A stretch of DNA of 64,000 bases from an uncultured Spirochaetota bacterium (GTDB lineage Bacteria; Spirochaetota; Spirochaetia; SZUA-6; Fen-1364), in NCBI GenBank assembly GCA_963845535.1, contig CAWJSK010000012.1, positions 864,001 to 928,000 on the forward strand. The letters run 5' to 3'. Both the position numbers and the translations under genes were made by a program. The notes under the pieces are model-generated. The model was given only the letters and a program-made list of their open reading frames with translations. It was not told the DNA's origin and did not search any database. This document shows, in pieces, positions 57,556-64,000 of the stretch (positions within the stretch are counted from its first letter, which is position 1; each line of letters opens with the position of its first letter).

Positions 57556-59434
57556 CTACGGTACGTTCCGCAGCCAAACCTTCATGGGTCCCGCCCCGCG
57601 GTTCGCCCAGGTGCAGTACGGGATGGCAGTGAATCCCGGCCCTCGCACGGTGACGACCCCCCCAAGGAGCGAAGGCTCGCGCGCCGCCGCCAGGCCGTTC
57701 TTTCCAAGGGAGAGATCTCCAAGGGATTCGTCCGCATCCCTTCCTTCGACGCAATAAACAATCGGGCCACGCATGATGGCGGCCTTGCCGCGGCAGTCCT
57801 CGACGCGCGCGTCGGCAATCACTTTGCGCACAGGCATGGGCAGGGAAAGCTCCACTCTGTCTCCCGCGGCCCACTCGCGCTCGATCTCCGCGTATCCCGA
57901 CTCAGGAGCCGGCATCTCCGCCCCGTTGACGCGGAGCCTTGGCGCCTCGGAGGAGGGCGCTTCAAACCGGTACAGGTGTGCGCCCAGGATCTGTCCGCGC
58001 GACCAGCCGGGAAGCCTCAGCATGAGCCGCATGCGCACGGGACGCTCGGGTCGGACGGTGATGCGGATATCCCCGTCCCAGGGGAAGTCCGTTTCCTGGA
58101 TCAGGTCGATGCGGACGCCATCCACCTCGACCTGCCCCCGGCTCGTCACGAAAAGATTCACGTACACGGTCGAACCGCGCGCCGCATACACGAGTCCCGG
58201 AATGGAGGGAAGAAACCGGCAAAGGCTCGTCGGGCAGCAGGAAACCTCGAACCATGGTTGTCGGCCCGCGCTTCCGTGGTTGAACCGGAACGCACCGTCG
58301 GATTCCAGCGGGTTCACGTAGAAAAACTCATCTCCTCGCAGGGAAACGCCGGAAAGGACGCCGTTGTACAACGTCTGCTCGAGCACGTCCACGTACTCCG
58401 GCGCCGGTCAGCAGGAAAAGGCGATGGTTCCACAGGATGGAACCAATGGCGGCGCACGTCTCCGCATACGCCGTCAGGTTGGGAAGCTCGAAAGAAGATC
58501 CGAAAGCCTCGCCCTTGTGCCGGGCGCCGATCCCGCCGGTCAGATAGGTCTTCGAGCCCACCACGTCCCGCCAGATCGCCGTAATGGCCGCGGCATATCC
58601 GTCATCGGGAAACAGGGCGGCAACGTCCGCCATTCCGCAGTACATGTATGCCGCGCGGACCGCGTGGCCAACGGCCTCGCTTTGTTCGCGGACCGGGATG
58701 TGGTCCTGGCTGTAGCCGGGATTGTCCGCATAGGAATACAGCGGCCGCGATTCGTGGCGCCCCCGCTCTTCGAGGAAGAACCGGGCGGTTTCCAGCAGGC
58801 TCCTGTCCTGGGTGATGCGATAGAGCCTGGCAAGACCCATCTCCACGATCTGGTGGCCGCACATGTCGTGCCGACCGTTCGGGTTGAACACCGAGCGCAC
58901 GAGCGCGGCGTTTCGCAGGGCCACCTCGAGAAGCCCGCGCTTGCCGGTGGCAAGGAAATGCGCGCAGGCCGCCTCGTACAGATGGCCGCTGTTGTACAGC
59001 TCATGGCTCATCACGAGATTGGACCAGCGCTTCGGCCCCGCGAAGGGGAGCACGTTGAGAGGGTCGATCGTGCGGTTCGTATAGAGGTATCCATCCGGCT
59101 CCTGCGCCGCCGCAATCAACTCCACAAGCGCGTCAAGGTGCGCCTCCAGTTGCGGATCACGCCGCTGCGCCAGCGAGTAGGAAGCCCCTTCGATTGCCTT
59201 ATAAACCTCGGTATCTTCGAAAGGCATCGTACCGACATAGGGTCCGCCCAGCCGACGCGCAGCCCTGCGGAAGTTGTCGACACGGCCGGACTCTTCGCAC
59301 TTGCGAAGCACCGAAGGGATGGTGACGGTCCGGTTTGTTTCAAGCCGCGAAAGCCAGAAGTGGTCCTGGAATGCAACGTGACAAAAATCGACCGGCGTGA
59401 TGGGGTAATCGATCATCCTCTCGTGCCTTTTCAC
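57556..59434 (-). pseudogene. GH127 beta-L-arabinofuranosidase-like hydrolase with 1-bp frameshift near 58400
   Basis: HELY, GHAVRA, TGGIG, ETCA in one frame; LYNGVL, FFYVNPL, CCP, RGPIVYCVE in the next. Confidence 0.85.
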
Positions 59435-60258
59435 GCCTTCAGCCCCGAGAGCACGATCCCTTCAATGAAGTACCTCTGTCCAATGAAGTAGAGGATCACG
59501 GGCGGTGTGAGCGCCATGGTGCACGCCGCCATGATTGATTTCCAGTCCGTCCCGAACCCTGACTTGAAGTTCGCGAGCGCCTGCGAGATGGTGTTCTGCT
59601 CGTTGCGGGAAATGTAGATGAGCGGCCCCAGGAGGTCGTTCCAGTACAGGATGAAGGTGAAAAGCCCGATTGCTATCAGCACGGGGGTGATGAGCGGCGC
59701 CAGGATCTGAAAAAGGACCCGTCCGTGGCCGGCGCCGTCGATGATTGCCGCCTCATCGAGGTCACGCGGGATGGTCATCAGGAACTGCCGGCAGAGGAAG
59801 ATGTTCACGGCCCCTCCCCCGAGGAAGGCGGGAACGATCAACGGAGTGTACCCGTTGCCCAGGCCGAGCGCGCTCCATGCCACGAAGATCGGGATGATCG
59901 TCACGGCGCCCGGCATCAGCATGCTTCCAATGACGAGCGCGAACGTAAGTCTCTTCAAGGGGAAATCAAGCCGGGCAAACGCGTACGCCGCGAGGGTCGA
60001 GGTCAGAAGGACCCCGAAAATCGATGGCAGCGCTATGGTCAAGGTGTTGAGCATGTACCGGAGGGACGGAAAGACCGACAGCGTGTACGGGTAGTTATCC
60101 AGCCGCCAGGTTGTCGGCAAGAGAAGGGGCGGGTACTTGTGGATCTCGATGTTGGACATGAACGAGGACCGTATCATCCAGAAAAAGGGGAAGAGGACGG
60201 CTAGGCCGATGAGGGCAATGATAAGGGAAACAACGATGTTCGTCTTTTCGCGCTTCAT
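59431..60258 (-). CDS. Carbohydrate ABC permease (MalG-like)
   Basis: IPRDLDEAAIIDGAG; QRYFIEGI. Confidence 0.92.
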   Translation of the reverse strand: MKREKTNIVVSLIIALIGLAVLFPFFWMIRSSFMSNIEIHKYPPLLLPTTWRLDNYPYTLSVFPSLRYMLNTLTIALPSIFGVLLTSTLAAYAFARLDFPLKRLTFALVIGSMLMPGAVTIIPIFVAWSALGLGNGYTPLIVPAFLGGGAVNIFLCRQFLMTIPRDLDEAAIIDGAGHGRVLFQILAPLITPVLIAIGLFTFILYWNDLLGPLIYISRNEQNTISQALANFKSGFGTDWKSIMAACTMALTPPVILYFIGQRYFIEGIVLSGLKA

Positions 60259-60259
60259 G

Positions 60260-61147
60260 TCACTCACCCTCGTAGAACATCCATCGACGGGATGTTGCAA
60301 AGATCACGACCGTCAAGGCCGCAATAAAAACGAAGAAAATCAGCGACAGTGCGCTCGCATGGCCGAATCCGTTGTGGATGAAACCTTCACGGTAGATGAG
60401 GAAGACCATGAAAAGCGTCTTGCCGCTGGGCTCGCCCCGCGTCAGGGCATAGGCGGGAACGAACACCTGCAGGTTGGAAATCATGCTCATCAAAAAGTTG
60501 TAGAAGATGATGGGTGTCATCAACGGGATCGTGATGTGACGGAATTTGTGCCACGTGTTTCCCCCGTCGATCTCCACCGCTTCAAGGTACGCGCGGGGAA
60601 CGTTCTGAAGACCGGCAAGGAAGATCACGATCATGCTCCCCATGCCCCAGACTGCCATCACGATGATGGAGGGCACCGCGGTCGGGCCGCTCTGGAGCCA
60701 TTGGACCTTATTCATGCCCAGGAGGTGGAGGCCGTAGTTGAGCACTCCGAAGTTCGCCTCGTACAGCCATGACCAGACCACCGCCGAGCCAATGGCTGGT
60801 ACAACGTAGGGAATGAAGTAGACCGAGCGCCAGAAACCCCGGGCAAAAATGCGGCGGTTCAGCATGAGCGCAATGGAAAATGAGTAGATGATTCCGGAAA
60901 TGACCGCGCCAAGGGCAAAGTAGAGCGTCGCGACAACCGACTTCAGGAAGTAGACGTCCGTGGTGAAAATTTCCCTGAAGTTTTCCAGCCCAATGAACTT
61001 CGGAGGCTCGAGTCCCGACCAGTTTGTCAGACTGATGAGGATGACCCCGATCATGGGAAAAATGGTCAGAAAAAACAGTCCCAGCAGGGCTGGCGTGAGG
61101 AACAGGTACGCCGTGAGAGTGCTCGACGGGCTTCTTCTCGCCTTCAT
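60260..61147 (-). CDS. Carbohydrate ABC permease (MalF-like)
   Basis: FLAGLQNVP..EAVEIDGG..FRHITIPL. Confidence 0.92.
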   Translation of the reverse strand: MKARRSPSSTLTAYLFLTPALLGLFFLTIFPMIGVILISLTNWSGLEPPKFIGLENFREIFTTDVYFLKSVVATLYFALGAVISGIIYSFSIALMLNRRIFARGFWRSVYFIPYVVPAIGSAVVWSWLYEANFGVLNYGLHLLGMNKVQWLQSGPTAVPSIIVMAVWGMGSMIVIFLAGLQNVPRAYLEAVEIDGGNTWHKFRHITIPLMTPIIFYNFLMSMISNLQVFVPAYALTRGEPSGKTLFMVFLIYREGFIHNGFGHASALSLIFFVFIAALTVVIFATSRRWMFYEGE

Positions 61148-61229
61148 TCCTTCTTATCCTTTACGACCTTTACGTGGGAAGCAGCGCCCCGTCCGCGGTT
61201 GCGGGCGGGGTACGCGGCTTCTGAATCCC

Positions 61230-62558
61230 TTAGCGGGGCTTGTTCTCGTCGAAGAGCTTCTGCACCTGCGGCAGGATCGATGTGATGTAGGCCTTGGCGG
61301 TTGTGTCGCCGTTCCAGACGTCGGTGATCCCGGAATTGATGAGCGTGTCGAGCGTGTCGTAGCTCGGGAAGTAGTACCAGGGCACCTGGACCGCATTCTT
61401 CATTGCATAGTCGATGACCGCGGTCTTGTACTGGGCAAACGGGGGGTGAACGTCGTTGTCCGCCCATTTCCTCATTGCCGCCTCGTTGGCGTACCACTTG
61501 GCAGAGACGGGCATCCAAATTCCGCCCGTGATGAGGTCCCATCCGTTGGACTCATCGCTCATCCATTTGACGAATGTCTTGGCCTCGGCGATGTGCTTGG
61601 AGGTACCGAATGCGATGAATGGCCCTCCCGTGTTGTACGTGACTGCCTTCTTCATCTTCGGGAGGACAGCCACCCCGTAGACAAGCCCGTCCTTGAGGGA
61701 GTTCTTCAAAGAAACGCCGATCTCCCACTGACCCGAAGTCGCCATGGCGACCTTGCCAGTGAGAAGACTCACGTCGAGACTCGGCATGTTGCCTCTGTCC
61801 CCGACTGACGGCGCCACGTGGTCTTTCACGTAGAGGTCCGCAATCGCCTGAAGGGCTTCGATGGATTCCGGCGTCCCGATCAGCAGCTTCTTTCCGTCAG
61901 GGGTCATGACTCCGCCGCCGTTGGAAACCGCGAGGACCGGCCACATCCAGGACAGACGGTTGAAGTCTGCGCCGTACGTCACGATGTTGTTCTTGTCGAA
62001 ACCGGCATCGTTTGGGGTCTTGCCGTTCTGGTCCTTGGTCAGTTTCTTTGCCGCGTCGACGAACTGCTTCCAGGTCCACGCCTTGTCGGCGCTGGCGGGA
62101 GGATAAGCCACCTTGGCGTCGTCGAACATCTTCTTGTTGTAGTAGAGAAGGAGGACCTCGTCCGCGCAGCTATACCCCACGGTCTTGCCATTGTAGGTGA
62201 AGGCGAGTGATTTGAGGGGCGCCTCGTCCGGCTTATACACGTCCCCCATGTCGGCGAGGAGGCCGGCTGCGGCGTAGCGGATCGTCATGGGCTCTGCCAT
62301 GATGCACGTGTCGGGTAGCTGTTTTGCCGCTGCCATGGTGTTGAGCTTGGTCTCGTAGTCAGCGCGGCTGACGGCAATCATCGTGACGTGGATTGCGTCC
62401 TGGGACGCGTTGAACTTGTCCAAGGTCTTCTGAATATCCGCCGCCTCACTCTCCGTCGTGTTGTACCACGCCATGTAAGTGATTTCGGTCTTCGCGGCGT
62501 ACGCCGATGCCGCCATCACGAGGAGCGCGATGGCGCACAGGAATACGAATCTCTTCAT
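61230..62558 (-). CDS. Carbohydrate ABC substrate-binding protein
   Basis: Signal peptide; LYYNKKMFD, WTW, GKVAM. Confidence 0.9.
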   Translation of the reverse strand: MKRFVFLCAIALLVMAASAYAAKTEITYMAWYNTTESEAADIQKTLDKFNASQDAIHVTMIAVSRADYETKLNTMAAAKQLPDTCIMAEPMTIRYAAAGLLADMGDVYKPDEAPLKSLAFTYNGKTVGYSCADEVLLLYYNKKMFDDAKVAYPPASADKAWTWKQFVDAAKKLTKDQNGKTPNDAGFDKNNIVTYGADFNRLSWMWPVLAVSNGGGVMTPDGKKLLIGTPESIEALQAIADLYVKDHVAPSVGDRGNMPSLDVSLLTGKVAMATSGQWEIGVSLKNSLKDGLVYGVAVLPKMKKAVTYNTGGPFIAFGTSKHIAEAKTFVKWMSDESNGWDLITGGIWMPVSAKWYANEAAMRKWADNDVHPPFAQYKTAVIDYAMKNAVQVPWYYFPSYDTLDTLINSGITDVWNGDTTAKAYITSILPQVQKLFDENKPR

Positions 62559-62723
62559 GCATTCTCTCCTTTGAGCGACTTCGTATCAGGGGTGACTGTA
62601 CGTTCCCGCGCCGGATGGCTACATTTGTGGGCGGGGTGAACGTACCCTACGGCTTGCGGTATCAGGGACAAGCTTTCTCACGGCAAAAACCCCGGTACCG
62701 CGGCTGTCTCAATCCTTCCTCCC

Positions 62724-63857
62724 TCATTCTTTCGCGCGCTTCACCTCCTTGCAGGATCTTCGTACAACCAGGTCGATGGGAAATTCGACCCGTACGGGGG
62801 GCAGGCTCCCGATTTCGATGCGTTCCAGGAGCCTCCGCGCCGCGGTACGGGCCATATCGCGGGAATGAATACGCATGGTGGAAAGCGGGGGCGATGCGTG
62901 ACGGGCGAGCTCCGAATCATCGAAACCGAGGACGGAAACGTCGTCCGGCACGGTGAGGGATCGCTCAGCCAGGGCGGAGAGGGCGCCGATGGCCAGGAGG
63001 TCGTTGGCGCAGAACACGGCGCTGAGCTCCCGGTTGCGACCCAGGAGGCGCTTCATTGCCGTGTACCCCGCTTCCGCTGACCAGCCCTCATCGCCATCAA
63101 CCAGCAGGTCGTCCCAGGAGCCGCCCTCCTCCGCCATGGCGTCCTTCCAGGCGAGGAATCGTATCCGGGCTGATTCGAGCCGCAGCGGCCCGTTGATGAT
63201 GGCGATCCTCCGGTGTCCGAGGGATCGAAGCCAGCTGACCGCCTTGCGCACTCCGGCTGCCAGGTCCATGGTGATGAGGTCAAGTCCTTCAATCGATTCT
63301 GATGGCGCAAGGAGAACGGTCGGGACTCCGCTCGCGGACAGTAATAGCAGGAGCTCGGGATTCCGCGCTTCCTCGACAACCACGCCATCCACCTTCCCGA
63401 GAAACGAACGAAAAGCTTCGAGCTCGTCCGCGGCGTAGTCATCGAGATACGTGAAAAGGGTATGCCTCCCGGATTTTGCTGTATCTTCCTCGATGCCCAG
63501 GAAAACATCGAAATAGAAAGCCTCGGAAGCGATGGGCCTGCGGGCTGACTTCTCTTTGCAGACCACGTATCCGAGGGTGCCCGTTGTGGGGCGGGGCTGG
63601 GCGACCGGCGCGGGCGTGCGTTTGACGAACGTGCCTTGACCGACCGAGCGTTCGAAGATACCGCGCGCAGTCAGCGCGAGAACGGCGTTGCGGGCGGTTG
63701 TCCGGCTGACGTCCAGCTCGAGCGCGAGGTCGCGCTCAGACGGGATCTTGGTGCCGACCTGCCAGACATCTGATTCGATCCTGCCAAGGAGGAAGGACTC
63801 GACCTGCGCCTGAATGGACTCCATCGCGTTTTTCTGAATGGTCTTTTTCGATTCCAA
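62724..63857 (-). CDS. GntR-HTH plus LacI-type sensor regulator (AraR-like); start uncertain (63857 or 63824)
   Basis: IPSERDLA..VSRTTAR..GQGTFV; FCANDLLAIG, VPDDVSVLGFDD. Confidence 0.88.
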   Translation of the reverse strand: MESKKTIQKNAMESIQAQVESFLLGRIESDVWQVGTKIPSERDLALELDVSRTTARNAVLALTARGIFERSVGQGTFVKRTPAPVAQPRPTTGTLGYVVCKEKSARRPIASEAFYFDVFLGIEEDTAKSGRHTLFTYLDDYAADELEAFRSFLGKVDGVVVEEARNPELLLLLSASGVPTVLLAPSESIEGLDLITMDLAAGVRKAVSWLRSLGHRRIAIINGPLRLESARIRFLAWKDAMAEEGGSWDDLLVDGDEGWSAEAGYTAMKRLLGRNRELSAVFCANDLLAIGALSALAERSLTVPDDVSVLGFDDSELARHASPPLSTMRIHSRDMARTAARRLLERIEIGSLPPVRVEFPIDLVVRRSCKEVKRAKE

Positions 63858-63973
63858 GGACTCTCCCCGGTTGCCGGTATCTGCGTTTGGATGTCCGGAT
63901 TCAGAGACCGCATGTCTTGACACCAAAGCCTCCAGACCCGTTTCTAAGGTCGATTAATGGGTTCGTCTTCTGA

Positions 63974-63987
63974 ATGGTTACAACCAT
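63974..63987. promoter_or_regulatory. GntR-type operator candidate
   Basis: Palindrome ATGGTT-AC-AACCAT upstream of the regulator. Confidence 0.5.
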
Positions 63988-64000
63988 ATGCAACCATTAT

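Overview
High-GC bacterial window, probably a free-living spirochaete (inferred from the SthK-like channel, short HrpA, ParE/ParC type and 'AGGSQE'-style solute-binding signal peptide). No rRNA, tRNA, CRISPR array or mobile element was seen. The left 26 kb holds a phosphate/polyphosphate module (phoBR, pstSCAB, phoU, ppx, ppk1, sixA, CYTH-CHAD, orphan ParA, metallophosphoesterase, STAS). A recurring 11-bp-period (T/C)TAAC array (PHO-box-like) lies upstream of pstS, an ABC transporter, a porin, two small Cys-rich proteins and a structured non-coding segment. The middle has housekeeping genes, a sigma54-type Hsp20 promoter and a ChvG/ChvI-like pair divergent from creD. The best candidate for an undescribed system is 40698-45349: a single-pass membrane protein ending in nine Ala-Cys-Xaa-Xaa (mostly ACHS) tetrads, translationally coupled to an RRE-like/SPASM radical SAM enzyme and flanked by two membrane proteins. 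The right end has topoisomerase IV and a GntR/LacI-regulated sugar ABC-GH127-UroD-like operon. Four genes (hrpA, sensor kinase, parC, GH127) have single-base frameshifts, most likely assembly errors. All family calls come from motif recognition by eye; no searches were run.
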